From NCBI RefSeq assembly GCF_009914755.1, contig NC_060929.1: a stretch of 64,000 nucleotides of DNA. One strand, written 5' to 3'. How positions within the stretch are numbered: position 1 is the stretch's first letter; each line of letters opens with the position of its first letter. Made by a program: the position numbers and the translations under genes. This DNA comes from the human T2T-CHM13v2.0 reference genome, Homo sapiens. Positions 15,321-30,407 of this stretch are shown here, one piece after another. A model generated the notes under the pieces. The model was not told where the DNA came from. It searched no databases and saw only the letters and a program-made list of their open reading frames with translations.

Positions 15321-17329
15321 CCAAGGCATATATTAAAGCTTTTTGGAGTAAATTCTAGAGATCAGCTATTTGCTTCTTGTTTGTATCTAAGAGCAGTAAG
15401 CATTGGGTAAAATGTTGCTTTTAAGAGTCCCAAGAGAGGCACTTATCATGTTCATTACTATAGTTTTCTTTCTACCTAAAATAAAATTTGGATATTCACT
15501 TTGGTGGGACCTAATACCTGAAGCTGCCATTGCAACAGGACATGTAGCTTGGAATTGCAAGCCACATCTGGGTTCTACCTCTAGACCCAAATACTGCCTG
15601 CACTACAAACTCCCTGGAAATGGAGGCCCAGAAAAGGCTAATCAGAATGAGCCAAAAGGATGCAGCTTGCAAGTTCCAGAAAGATCAGTGTTTTTGAGTG
15701 TAGGCTGGCAGGGCATGGGTCCAGACTCAACTCAGAGCCACTGACTCTAAAACCAGGTATCTCTGCATTATAGCTGTTTAACAGGCACCACTTTTTCCTA
15801 GGGATTTGGAATACCTGATAATCATCAGTAACACTTTCTGAGCACTTAGCGTGAGGAACCATCCTAAGTCCTGCACAAAAGCAATCAGTTAATCTTCAAG
15901 GGAATTATCCGAGCTGAATTATTATCATCACCATTTTATAGACACAGAAACAGAGAAATTAAATAACATGCCCAAGGTTTAGGTACATCTGGGAGCCCAA
16001 TAGCCCAAATTTGGGTCTCCTATATTTGGGTTTACCACTTCATCAATTCTTTGCAGTAAAGAAGTTGAGAAGCTGTATATAGTGTTCATTAAAAATAAAT
16101 ATGTAGTTTTTTATATATTGTTTTTCTATCATCTCCTACTATGGACTTTTCCTCCCTGCCCAAACACTGGGTGCCATCAACACCGAGCCCATGCATACGG
16201 TGAACAGCATACATTACTTCTTCCAGAAGGCACTGCTTTGTTCTCATCTACAAAAATCCTTCTTCCTTCCTATAGACAAATGACTGGTTCACATATCATG
16301 ACTCAATTTATATTCAACAATGTTCATTTGCAGTGTAATTATTCTTCCTAATTAGGCTGCTCTGAAGACAAATGACTGCCCCTCCCCATCCCCCTCTCCT
16401 ACAACACACAATGTCTTTTTCCTGATATAAAATGTTTGCTGCACCCTTTGCAAACCACAAGAAGCCACAGTCTGCTCTCCATGTGACCACTTAGAGAAAA
16501 ATACTATTATAAGATAGTGTTTTATCTGATATTACTTCAAAATCAGAATCAGATTTCTAACAGATCAATAAGCTTATCACAGTATGACAGCAAAAAGAAA
16601 TGAGACTCTTGGATTCTATTTCTCTTTCCTATCTTAAAAAACATTTCCTCTTCCCGCGAACATGTGTTCTCTATCTCTTAAATTTAAAAAGGAGTAGTTT
16701 CTAAAAGAGAACCAGTAGGAAAGAATCAGGAATACCAGCAAAAGTCAACATCAAAGAAGTCAGTATCTGATCCTCTCTTAAACCTAGCAGGAGTGGAGCT
16801 CTCTGGCCAAGGGGTAAGGCAAAAGCAATGTGCAGGTTATAAATGTCCCTTCAAGCTCAGTTACTCCGGTTTACCTCTCTGGGGTGAGCCTCTAACAGCT
16901 CTGGCTCGCCGGAATCTTTCCTCCCTCGGCTCCAGCACACACTTTCCATAGCGGCCGCGTTGCAATTTCAAAGAGTTCTCCTTTCCACGTAGGTCACCCA
17001 CCGATGGTAACCTACATGCACAAACACACTCGCACAATCACAACAGAGAAAATGGGACATACAGGAAATGGCCCGGGTGGAGGCGAGGACGGGGGTGGGG
17101 ATAGGACTTTGTCTTTACTCTGGTGTTGCTCCCATTGAAACAAGCACATGGACTTTCATGGAACTCATGACCATCCTGAAATAACAGAAAAGTCGAACGG
17201 GATTGAAGAAAATCCTTTGCTTTTCTAAGTTCGAAGAACACTGGGCCGCTGAATGGAAGGGAAAAGAAAAAAAAAAACTGTGTGCCTAAAAACATCCAGA
17301 AACACACGCAGAGTCTCCCCAGTCCTTTG

Positions 17330-18830
17330 CCCAGCCCGTGGGCTCAAGCCGCCCATCCCAGATGCGGTCTTCCCCACTCCACGCCCACCTCTTCCAGCCC
17401 GCACCCCAAATCACTGAGCTGCCCACAAAAATGCAGTCCAGATTTGAGAAGCAGCTGACGTCTGTGGCCAGAGTGACCCACACGCCACGGACCAGGGACA
17501 GCAGGGGCGACCACGGGGCGGCCCCCAGGGAGCGGTGCCAGGCGCGCTGGAACCCGGCGCCCAGCTGCGCCTGGGACCCACGCGCCGCCGTCCGAAGCCC
17601 GCCAGCGACGCCCAGAGAGCAGGGCTCGCGCCGGCTTCCCGAGGAGACGCTGTTCCCGGCACAACTTTTTTCCACTTCTGCGGCCGCCGGCGGCGCTGAG
17701 AAGCAGCTGTTCCCTTCCCATTCCCAGCACCCAACGCCCATCCCGCAGCACCTCCGACCGCTCGGCGCGGTCTCCCAGGGCGCCGAAGCGAAGTTCCCGC
17801 GCCAGCCGCGGCTCAAGCAGCCAGGGCTCGGCCGGCCGCAACGGCTCCCCATGCGCCCGCGCGGGGCGCCCACCTGGCCGGGCCCACCGGCTCTCCCCTC
17901 CCGCAGCGCGCGCGGGCCCGACGCCTGCCACTCACCCGGCCCCAGCTCGGCGTCTCCGGCTCCGAGCCCGCAGCCTTCCCCAAGTCAGGGCTTTCAGTGA
18001 CGCCTCCTCGCAGCCACCTCGCTCTTGCCCCCGCTGGCCGCGCCTGGAAGAAGGAGGCGGGAGGAGAGCGAGAGGAGAGCGGGAGGAGGCGGCGGGAGAG
18101 GGGGGCAACGCAAGGGAGGGGAGAGGGTCCGCGGCGCGGGGGAGGAGGCAGCGAGGCGAGAGAGCGCCAAGCTCGGCGGCCGCCCGGGCTAGCACTCGGG
18201 GAGAGGGAGGAGGAGGAGGGGCGGGGGCAGCTAGAGAAAGAGGCGGCCGAGCCGCCCTGCCCAGGCCCCGGCCCCGCGCCGCTGCCCAGTCACCATCGCC
18301 GCCTCCGTCCCGCGAGCGGGCCGGGCGTCCGGGGGAGGGGTCGGGCTCGGGGCTCCCGGCGCGGCGCGCGGGGCGGGACGGGGGCGGCGGGCGGGCGGAC
18401 CAGGCCCGGCCTCCGGAGGGGAGTGTCCTGCGGGTCCGGGAGGGAGTCGGCGACAGGGGATCCCCGAGAGGGGGTGTGGGGGCCTGGGAACCGGTCCCTG
18501 AGCCCGCCGGGCAGCGGCGGCGGCGTCTCCCGGGGTCCTGCGAGGTTCCTCCGGGCCGCACCGGGGAAGCTCCCGGAGCAGCTTCGAGCAGCCCTGCCGG
18601 GAGGGCCGGAGGCGGAGAGCGGCGCTGACGGAGCCGGGGGAGAGAGGCCAGGCTGCTCCGGCGGAGAGCGGGCCCCGGGGCGCTAGGAGCAGTTCCCCCA
18701 GACCCGGGCCCAAGCGGAAAGAACGGCCGTCTGGTGACCCCGGAGAGTCCGAAACGGGAAAGGGGCCAAGGGGCGCCTGGACCCCCATCCTCGCCGCCCT
18801 CTTCCGGAGAGGAGGCTCCGGACATAAGTT
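17330..18830. promoter_or_regulatory. CpG-island promoter with GC boxes
   Basis: Very high GC and CpG density against a CpG-depleted background; GGGGCGGGG and GGGCGGG Sp/KLF boxes near 18218, 18370 and 18390; no repeats inside. Confidence 0.93.
17936..18200 (-). other. Putative non-coding first exon of a minus-strand gene (TSS approximate)
   Basis: Consensus donor CGG|GTGAGT on the minus strand (ACTCAC at 17930-17935) inside the CpG island, downstream of GC boxes; no ATG in the candidate exon; gene not recognised. Confidence 0.6.
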
Positions 18831-20434
18831 CCCGTGCCCTCTGAATATCTAGGTGTGGAAACTCAATTCCAACAGTCACAAAGATTATTCCTAAATAGAA
18901 TGCTTGGTGTCCTCAGCTTCCCTGCCCTCAAAATTACGGTTTCAGGATGATTTTCGGAGGCGCTTTAGGAACAGCCTGAAAAGGCATTCTTGTCCAGAGA
19001 GGGGATGCTTTAACTCCCCAGCTCCGCCCCCAGGGCTGGGAGCAAAGAACAGAGTTAAATGGCCATGAATTCAGGTGCCAGTATTGTTTGTGATTGAACT
19101 GTTAGGACGTGGCACCTCTCTAGGCAAACCCATCTTGTATTCCACCCCTCGCCCCCCCCCCCGCCCCCCGCCCAGTCAAATGCTCCCATTCCCAGTTTCT
19201 CAGCCCCTTGTCTGGGACACCTCTATCCACCAGTCGCCCAGATTCAGATTAGCAGTCAATTTTGGGCCTCGCTCCTCCACTCCCGGTAGCCAGTCCCATT
19301 AGTTCTTCATTTTTAATGCCTTTCCAGGTGCCATGTCCTTTCAAGCCCACTGCCGCCTTTCTGGTTCTCGCTATCTGGCACTGGATGGCGTGAGCGGCCT
19401 CCTACCGGTTCTCTGCTGGGGTCCTCTCTACACTTGCATCCATATGCGCAGGCCTACAGGTGAATGGCTCTAGAATACCCCTCAGGCAGGCCACTTCCTG
19501 TTCTAGAAGCTTTCTGAGGCACTTTGCCAGAGAACATTCTGAATTCCTTAAAAATCATCAGTTCAAAACCATACAACAACTGCACCTCCATACGCACTTC
19601 TCAGAGCCTGGGACTCTCTTTAGATGGGGATCCTCCCCTCCCCCCGAGAAAGATCCATGCCTGTATCTACACGAGAGTTGCTGATGCTCTTCCCAGAGCT
19701 GGAATGCTCTCTTTCATCTTCTCCCGCAGCCAAATTCCACTTATCTTCATTGAAAATGAAGTTTGCAGTACCACATTTTTGCTCTAAAAGGATATATGTG
19801 CTCTTTCCATTTTGTGAAATCACACACTAGAAATAACAGGGCTTGTGGGGAAAGTAGGGTTAGAAAATGACTCAGAATCTATGTAACATTGTAACCACAG
19901 CACTAACAAAAACTAACCATTCCAAAAAAAATACCAGTAGAGCTAATGAACTGTGTTAAATTCCTAATAAATACTATAGTACATGTAAATATACGACTTT
20001 ACTTTTATAAAAAGATGAAGATAACTGTTGAAGGGGAGTTGTTTGAGGCTGCTGACTTGAGATAAACACAAAATGTACAAATAAGAGGAGAACTCTCTGT
20101 CCTGTCCCCCAACCCACATCCCACAAATCCTTCCAAGGTAGAGAGGTCAAGGCCAAATCAATCCAAGAGAAAGAATGTAGGGTGAAATGGGCCTACAGCA
20201 CCCTGTGTTCTCTGTAACTAGATGCACCCTGCTGTGTTTTGCAGCTGTAGTTACTTGGTGGTGCAGAAACATTAAAGTGCTGGGAACCCTTGAATATGAA
20301 CCAACACAACTCCACCCATTTTACTAATATCTAATAACTAATGAGTTAGTTTGTGTTATCCATGCTCTCATTACAGAAACAGCCTTGATAACAGAGTACA
20401 CTGTACTTAATTCTATGTTTAAAAAGTAGACTAA

Positions 20435-21051
<617 letters not shown>

Positions 21052-22180
21052 GACTATACTTCATCCCACACATTTACTGAGCACTTACTATATGCCAGGG
21101 ACTGGCTGTTCTAGGTACTGGGGATACATCAGTGAACAAAAAGAAATGCAAAAATGTCTGCCCTCATGGGTTGTGGAGACTTGAACACACATCACCAGAT
21201 GGTTTGTATTATTCAGGATATATGTTTCATATGTGTGTAGCTTGAATTGATGCATGTATATTTTAATCTATTGAAGACTAGGGTTGAGCCTTACTTACGT
21301 CTTTGTATCTTCCCCAGTGTCTGACACAGTAAATTACTATTGGGACATGTAAATTAGGGCAATTATAGCCATTTAATACTCTGTGTTATGGAATTCACAG
21401 GAGAACTACCTGTAAAATATAAAACTAATTTTTCTCAAAACTGTGTTTGCAGATTTTTGGGCAAAAATCAAGACATGTATCCCCAGATGGGATAACTTGG
21501 GTCTAAAGAGCAGATAAATTACACTTAATATGAAGCAAGAAGTTAGGGATGGCAAAGTAGGGAAGAATAGAGAAGGAGACAGATGCTAAAAAGTGTAGTT
21601 CATGAAGAAAGTACATTCTAAGTTCTGTGGAAAGAAAGAGAACAGCAGGAACTTTGGGATATCGTGAATCCTGCTTTTATCATGTGCTTCAGACACATTT
21701 TCAAGAAGCACTCACTACAAGGCATAAACGAAGAGGAAATTAGGAGAAATTAAAGGGTGTCTGCACATTTTGGTCAAATGACAAGGAGGCCTTGGAAGAA
21801 GATTATTGAGCCAGTTGGATAGGTCATGCGGTGAAATTACAGTGATGTCTGGCTAAAATGTATGGTACTGAACTTACTTGCCTGTGCAAATCACTCTATT
21901 CTTTGAATGTCTGAACACTGTACTCCACCTAGAGTACCTTGTTTCAACACGGCTAGCAATTTTTCATATGTGAACACTTTGCATCCTATTTTTTTCTGAG
22001 TAAGAATCTGCTTGGAGTTAAATAAAATATGCATTTATAACAGACAGGAAAGCACTGATATATTTTCATGATTGTCAGCATACTGACTATTGATTAACTT
22101 TAAGTTTGCCTATTCATCTTCATTAAAACCTACTTCCCAAATCCACCACCACCCACTTTAAGAGATTAATTGATATTTCC

Positions 22181-22199
22181 TTTTTCTTTCTTTCTCTCT

Positions 22200-22231
<32 letters not shown>

Positions 22232-22487
22232 GAGACAGAGTCTTGCTCTGCTGCCAGGCTGGAGTACAGTGGCGCAATCTCCACCTCCCGGATTCAAGTG
22301 ATTCTCCTGCCTCAGCCTCCCTAGTAGCTGGGCTTACAGGCGCACACCACCATGCCCTGCTAATTTTTGTATTTTTAGTAGAGATGAGGTTTCAGTAGGC
22401 TGGTCTCAAACTCCTGACCTCAAGTGATCCACCCATCTCAGCCACCCAAAGTGCTGGGATTACAGGTGTGAGCCACCACGCCCAGCC
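22181..22487 (-). mobile_element. AluS with two small internal deletions
   Basis: Poly-T tail then Alu; TSD ATATTTCCT at 22173-22181 and 22490-22498. Confidence 0.93.
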
Positions 22488-24811
22488 CTATATTTCCTAA
22501 AACTGCAAATGATCATAGAATTTCAGTGCTAGGTGCAAACTTAGAATTCAATGCCTTTTGAAGATCACATAAAATACTAGACAATTTAAGCTGAGAGTCT
22601 CTTCAAGGAAACTAGCAGATTGCAGTTCCCACCCACAAGGTCTTGTGGAAAGTCACTAACTTAAACATGATTATTCAGCTTTTTTTGTTCCGTGGATGTA
22701 ATTATACAAAGAAACCATCTGAAATTCTAAGAATCCATTTTTTCTCTACAAATAAGGGTTGAGAAAAGGTAATTTTGAGCACAAACACTTGCAGGGCTTT
22801 ACTGATGAAAAGCAGAAGTCTGACCTGCATGAGACAGAAGCCACTTTTTGGCCACAGAAAAGGTCTGGCCAAAGTCTCCAATGGACTTAGAAATGTCGTA
22901 TATTTATTTCTGCTTCCAGTTGGCAGTTTTTAAGTTGGTGACAAAATGAAGCCTGTAAATATAAACGAAATTTCTCTATTTTTATTGAAATCTCATTATA
23001 TCAAGGTGCTCGGCTGTCTCTTGAATGAAAGTAACAAAATATCTCCAACTAAGAACAAGGATTACAGGTGCAAATAGAGATGTAGGATATTCTAGTACCA
23101 CATAACAGAGAGAGCAATAGCACTAAATCAGACACGAGGGTCATAGGATCCCAATAAGGAAAATAAGGAAAATCTCCATGATCTGTAGAAAAGACTCCTT
23201 TTTCCCTCACAGATCTGTTAAAGGATCCGAACAGTCCACGTTCCAGTCCAGCCAAAGAAAAACATGAACCTCAAAATACTCACTGTGGCTAAGTCATAAA
23301 AGAAATAAACACACAGAACTTTGGGCACTTGTGCTCTTCCTGGAAAAACTGAAGACTCTTGGCAACTTTTATCTTCCACTTACAGTCTCTACCTCCTGGC
23401 CTTCATTTCTTCTATACGTGAAGCAGTAGCTTTAACTTGCCCACTGACTTTTCCTTAAAAAATAGTCTGTTTTCCTGCCTCTAGTTCCAAAACTAGACTC
23501 CATGTGATTTTGGCAAATTTCAACCTAAGAAGGTACTCCGTTCATTTCCTCCTATTATGTCACCACTACCATAAACAAATCCATTTGGCCCTCATCCAGT
23601 TGAGCTTATCCTTGAAGTGAGGTGGAAATTTCCATATGGTGAGAATTTTTTACTGCAATATTACTTTATAAGTTGCATGCAAATTCTGCAACATTCTTAA
23701 ATGCTCAATAACATGTAACTGACAAATTCAATTAAATGAATCTTATTCATTTGGAATCCTCACCTGCAGGCATTTTCCTGGATTACAAACCTTTCTCAGA
23801 AGAGGTATAAAGTACAAAGAATCTAGGGGGATTAGCTGTCTTACGGTGTTCATGACAGGCATAAAACCACCCAGGGAAAGCATGCTTTGGCCCTTTTTAA
23901 CAATAATGCTGTGCATCTGGTCTGTGACTTGGGCTTTCAAGAGCTTCATCTTTTCTATTATGAATTATGTGCAGCTCTCAAAACCTCTAAGAGGTAAGAT
24001 TTTACTGTTACCCTCCCCACTAGTACCTATAATGAAATTTGGAAAATACCCACTCAGCATGATTCAGTAGCAATGCTTAAAATGAGAACTTGAAGAAACC
24101 ATTGCTATTTTTTTGCATCATGAAGAGGATGCTTGTCCTTAATCTAGCCCAGACTGAAAAACTAATTTCCAATCTAAAAACCTGCCTGCAAGGAACTTTT
24201 TTTTAAAACTCTTCCAGTCCCTTTCCTGGAAACAAGAAGCACAAAAATGTATATCTGTAATACTAGCAATTGCTGGTTTGGGCATTCTATTTTCACTTAA
24301 TGCTAGAGTTAGAAGATATATTATTTTCTATTGATAATAAAAATATTGGATATCACTGATTATAGTATGTATTCTGCATACTTCCAAATAGATCTGAGGA
24401 ACTTCTTATTAGAAATAACAGAAGGTGGTAAGAGACTCTCTTGCCAGGGTTCTGGTTTACCACAGTCAAGCATTAAATTTAGCTCTGGGCTTCCCAGAGC
24501 CAAGACAAGAACGACATACAATTAATGATATAGTTCTCATGGTCTGGTAAAGGAATCATAGTTGTTCTTCAAGTCAGGCAAACATTTTCCTGGCACAAAC
24601 TTCCAAAAGGAATTGAATCATGGGCCTCACATAAGAGACACTGGACAATCTAAACATGTAGGTGCAGAAACTTCACTCAGAGGAAGCAGTAGACTTTGCC
24701 TCAGAGAAACAGTGAATGTGGAAATTAACAAGAGAAGAAAGCCTGCTCTAGACTATGTTTCTGCTATGGCTGAAATTGCATTATTTAAACTTAACTTCTA
24801 CCCAAACTCTA

Positions 24812-25183
<372 letters not shown>

Positions 25184-25719
25184 AATGAGCCTTGTGTTAA
25201 GAGAATTATGCAAAGATAATTCCACTTCTTCATTAACTTCACAAATCTTTCTCAATTTTAAATCTTCTACTATTCCACATAGAACCCATTTGACAACTAT
25301 GACCTGTGTTCATTTCAGAACAACTTTGGGAAGGTTTTCAATGAAAACAAGAATTAGGGACAAGGCCAATCCACACAGCTGAGATTAGTTCTAGTTCTCT
25401 TCCAACAGAATAGCATGTGCTATGCTAATTATACAAAATAATGTTCAATCACTTTTGAGGTCATATAAATGAGAACAACATAAGCTGTGAAATTAAAATG
25501 AACCATAAAACTAGTTTTATAGCTCAGAAGTGATTTCTTTAAATATCCCATGAAATTTTGCTCTAAGACAACTGTCTCAAAATAGTTATAAATGCCTGTT
25601 TTTCCAGTGTCATGAGAAAAATATTTGATATTAATTCAGCTCTCTCCACTACATTCAGATATGCTTCACAGATGTTTATGTTTTCTAGATGTGTAGTGAG
25701 AAAATCTTCTTGATAGGAA

Positions 25720-25960
25720 AAGATTATGGGCCTTAGAATCCTAGGACTGTGTACAAATTGCATTTCCTCCACCAGTTACTACATGATTTTAGGCAAGTTA
25801 CTTAACCTCTACAAATCTTAGTTTCTTCACCTTTAAATTGGGATAATATTACCTACTGCATGGGTTTGTTCTGACTATTATTATTATTATTATTACAATG
25901 TATGTAAAAGTATCTACTACAATGCCTAACATAAAAATAGGTGCTCAATAGATGTTTGTT
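25720..25960. mobile_element. MIR SINE
   Basis: TTAGGCAAGTTACTTAACCTCT..AGTTTCTTCA..TAAA and TAGGTGCTCAATA core motifs. Confidence 0.7.
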
Positions 25961-26074
25961 CCCTCCCACTGACACCCATACTCTTGCAAACAGAATTTTC
26001 TACTAGTCCAGGAGACTATCCTTCCCAACTTGCCAGTTACATAGCTTTCTTATACTGCTTTTTAAAAATGATAC

Positions 26075-27498
26075 AAGAGTCTAAACAATGTGGTACTGGC
26101 ATAAGGATAGATATAGAGATCAATGGAATAGAGAGCCCAGAAACAAACCCTCACATTTATGGTCAATGATTTTCAACAAGGATGCCAAAACATTTCTATG
26201 GGAAAAGAAGTCTTTTCAATAAGTGGTGCTGACACAACAGGATAACATATGCAAAAGAATGAATATAAACTCCTACTTTGTACAAGTAAAAAAATTAGCT
26301 CAAAACGATCATAGACCTAAACATAAGAGCTAAAACTATGAAAGTATGAAGAACACGTAGGAGTAAATCTTCATGATGTTGGGTTAGGCAATAATTTCTT
26401 GGCTATGACACCAGAAGAATAAATGCCAAAAGAAAAAATATATATAAACTGGACTTCATTAAAACGAAAAACTTGTGTGTGACAAGGGGACATCATCAAG
26501 AAAGTGAAAAGGCAACCCACAGAATGGGTGAAAATATTTGCAAAATGTGTATCTGTATCTCATGAGGGACTTGTTTCTACAATATATAAAGAACTCTTAC
26601 AAAGCAACAATAAAAAGACAAACCAATTTTTAAAATGGCAAAGCACATAAATATTTCTCCAAAAAGATATTCAAATGGCCAATATGCACATGAAAAGATA
26701 CTCAGCATCATTCATCATCAGTGAAATGCAAACCAAAACCACAATGAGGTACCACGTGATACACACTAGGATGGCTAAAACAGAAAAGACATATGATAAC
26801 AAGTGTTGGTGAGGATGTAGAGAAATTGAAATTGTCAAACTTTGTTTGCTGGTGGGACTGTGAATGGTGCAACCAGTCTGAGAAACATTTCGATAATGTC
26901 TCAAAAGATGAAACTTAGGATTATTGTACTATATGACTCAGAAATTCCTCTCCTAGGTAAATATCCAAGAGAAAGAAAAATATGTCCATACAAAAACTTA
27001 AACACAGATATTCACAGCAGCATTATTCATAATAGCCAAAAAGTAGAAACAACCCAAATGTTCATCAGCTGATGAGTGGACAAACAAAATGTGGTAAATA
27101 CATACAATGGAATATTATTCAGCCATAAAAAAACACGAAGTATTGAAACATGTTACAACATGGATGGACTTTGAAAACATTATGCCAAGTGAAAGAAGCC
27201 AGTCACAAAAGTCTACCTATGGTACAATTTTGTTTATATGAAATGTCCCGAAAAAGCAAATCTAAAGAGACAAAAAACAGATTAGTGTTTGCCTAGGGCT
27301 AGGGTGGGGGTGGGAGGTAGAGGGCAGTGTGGAGTGATTGCTAATGGGTACCCAGTTCTTTCTAGGGTGATAAAAATGTTCTGAAATCAGATTGTGGTGA
27401 TGGTTGCGGAACTCTGTGAGTATACTAAAATCCACTGAACTGTAGACTTCAAGTGGGTGAATTTTATGATATGTAAAATATATCTCAATTTAAAAAAA
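26075..27498 (+). mobile_element. L1MB-type LINE-1 3' fragment (end of ORF2 plus 3'UTR)
   Basis: TGTGGTACTGGCATAAGGATAGA..CCAGAAACAAACCCTCACATTTATGGTCAA; GAAATGCAAACCAAAACCACAATGAG; 3'UTR ending ATATCTCAAT plus A-run. Confidence 0.9.
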
Positions 27499-27549
27499 TG
27501 AAATCAAGGTAAAAATGATAGAAACAGTTGTGTTCTCAACAACCAGGAG

Positions 27550-28420
27550 CAACTTCAGTGAACATTTGCTGAACACTTACTATGTGTGTGAGAGGGATAC
27601 AAAGGCAACTAAGCAAGGCCTCCATCCTCAAGGAGTTTAAAATCCAGTGTATTTATGTGGTTCAGTGAAGGTCAATGAATATTTTAATTGCCAGTGTGAC
27701 CAGAATTAAATAAAGAGCTGTAATACATAGTATTTGCTTAACACTCAATGCCTTTAAGGACTGTGCTACATCTAGGGGTAGAGTTTGCATGTCCTGGTCC
27801 ACTAGAGTCACCCAGGCTTTTGGGTGAGAGAGAAGGAACTAGGCAAAAGCTCTACACTAAAGATAAGAGCAGGTGCCAGGGGGGTCCATCCACACTAGAA
27901 ACAGATGCTGGGTGGGGAATGGAATTAGAGAAGGTTCTCTAGGGACTGAGAGTTAACAAGGTGAGAGGTAGAAGGCAGTACACAAAAGCCCTGAAGCATC
28001 AGAGAGAATGGCAGAAGACACAAATGGAGGGAAAATGAGAAGATATTAACTCAGGGGTAAGGTTGATGTTAGTGGGGACACCAAGGGTCCTAGAAGTCAC
28101 ATTACAAAGTTTAAACTGAGGGCCCTGAGGAGCCATTGAGGGTTTTAAATCCCAGGAATGATCTGATCTTGTTTTAGAAAGATCTCTCTGGCTGCTCTGT
28201 GAAGAGATGCATTAAATGGGAGCAAGACCAAGAATGGAAAGACTGGTCTTCCAGGAGAGTGGGGATAGGATTAGGATCAGTGGTGGCAGTGAGCTTGCAA
28301 TACTGATTGGGCAGTCATTGAGAGGAAAAGACGTCAAGGATGATGTCCAGGTTTTGAGGCTGAGTGATGCATGGCAGGTTGTCCAGGCCATGGAAGCAGC
28401 AAACATGGATAAGGGGCTGG
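27550..28420. mobile_element. L2 LINE fragments (degenerate)
   Basis: AACATTTGCTGAACACTTACTATGTG; GGAGCCATTGAGGGTTTTAA..GATCTCTCTGGCTGCT L2-like motifs; boundaries approximate. Confidence 0.55.
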
Positions 28421-30407
28421 ATTCTGGTGGGGGCCATGGTAAATGGGACATATTCTTCATATGAGTGGAAAAGACCACAGGCAATGGGATAGGCAAAATT
28501 GGAGCTTCCCTCCTGGAACTTTAAACGCCAGTGTCAAATCCTTTCCTTTGCCACCAGATTGTGTAATTGGGTTCAGCTATACTTTCCTTGGCCAACTTCT
28601 GTCTCAAAAACTCAGACTACACCAACATTAAATTGTGCCGATAAATCTTACTGAATGCTTTTCAGCTTAGCTTAATGAAAAATATCAGCTAACAGACTAG
28701 GGGAAACACTCTCCCCAGGGGACTTCATGATCCAGATTCTGGTAGAGCCCGGGACACTAGCTCTTTATAAGTTTCTCCAGGCTGGAGTGAATGAGATATC
28801 ATTGTTGTTTATTTCAAAGGCACATGAAGTGCACCAGTGGTCTAAATCAGTATTCCTCATGGACACCGCTACATTGGTTAGTTCAACAACTAAAATAACT
28901 ACAGAAAAAGAAATTCACTTCTTTTGAGTTAATCTTTTGGAGTTACACAGACTACTACTTTAGAAACCATCATAGGTTTGTAAACCAGAACAGGCCCTCC
29001 AATCCTAATGGAATTATTGATTCTCAAGTCAAATAGAGTTTCAGGACAACTCTTAATGCATTTATTGATTGCTAATGGGATCAAATTAACATGAAAAAAT
29101 AATTGATAAACACATCCTAAAAATAAAGTTACATCTGAAACCATCTGTTTCCTAATGTGGGATTCTGTCAGTGCAAAATTCCCTTAGAAACCTGAACTTT
29201 CTTTGACCTGATGGAAAGTAGCCACGTCAGCATCGGATGAAAGACAGTATGATATGCATGTCCAAAAATAAACAATTGCTGTTAAGTGCATTTTAACCTC
29301 AAAGGCCTCAAAAGAAAAAGCAACTACCATGTCTACTGATAACACAAAAGGAATTTAGGAGAAACATTGCAAACGTAGAAAACAAATTGTTAAGTCATTC
29401 TTATCTTTGTCTGAAACTGGCTGTGGCCCAGAAGCCCAGCTTCTCTTTCTCTCAGCCCAGAACCCTTCCCCAAAGCTCCAAGTTCATAACTATATTGTAA
29501 ATAGATGAAATGTGTCAGCACCTAAAGACAGCAATGTCAGTGCAACCTGCTAACACTTCAATGTGAGAGGCTGTGCGTTTACTGTATTCCTCAAAACACA
29601 GGCTCATGAAATGACTTTGAGAAAATGTATGCATTTCCCTCATTTTCAATAGTGTAAAATAATGTCATTTAATAATGCTTGTTTATATGCCTAAGTAGAA
29701 CTTTAACAAATTCAGTTTTATTATATTGTTTAAAACTCAAATCTCACATCTTCACATCTTTATGGAAATTAATGGCAATAGTTTACAGCATTTAACAAAG
29801 TACAGACTGCAACCATGGTGGTTTAATTGTTATCTCGGGCTGTCTCAGGTAGTGATGGAGTGGGAAGACCAAGCAGTTTCTTTTCTTACAGTTTGTTGTC
29901 CAAGCACTAGGCAGGACCGTGTTTTAATTACAGACTGTTTTTTAAATAATGAAACCTAACCAAACATTTGTTATGGCAATTGCATGGCAAGGAAATGCTT
30001 TTAAAAGCCTCATTTCCAGGTTTAATTTTATTTGTATCTTGAGATAACTTTATGGTGAAATACATTTGCTGAGTGGGAAGTTCCAGCAGAGAACAAATGT
30101 CTACTTACCCAAGTGTTGCTCTTCAGCCAACATCTCATAATCAACTTATAGAAACCTCTCAAGTGGAAGGGTAAGTTGGACCTTTACCAGATAAAACAAG
30201 GAACTCACAATGGAACACAGACCTCAAGGTAGAAGCTATAGCACTCTTAGAATAAAACATGAGAGTAAATCTTCTGTACCTTGGATTTGGCCGTGGACTC
30301 TTAGAGATGCCATCAAAACCACAAGAAGTAATACAGATAGATAAATTGGACTTCATCAAAATTAAAAATTTTTGTGCATCAACAATGTTATTAAGAAAGT
30401 AAAAAGA

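Noticed and set aside
17286-18879. Long overlapping ORFs (195-315 aa) on both strands
   Set aside because: Pro/Arg/Gly/Ala-rich products of stop-poor GC-rich CpG-island DNA; no recognisable domain, and the starts are mostly non-ATG
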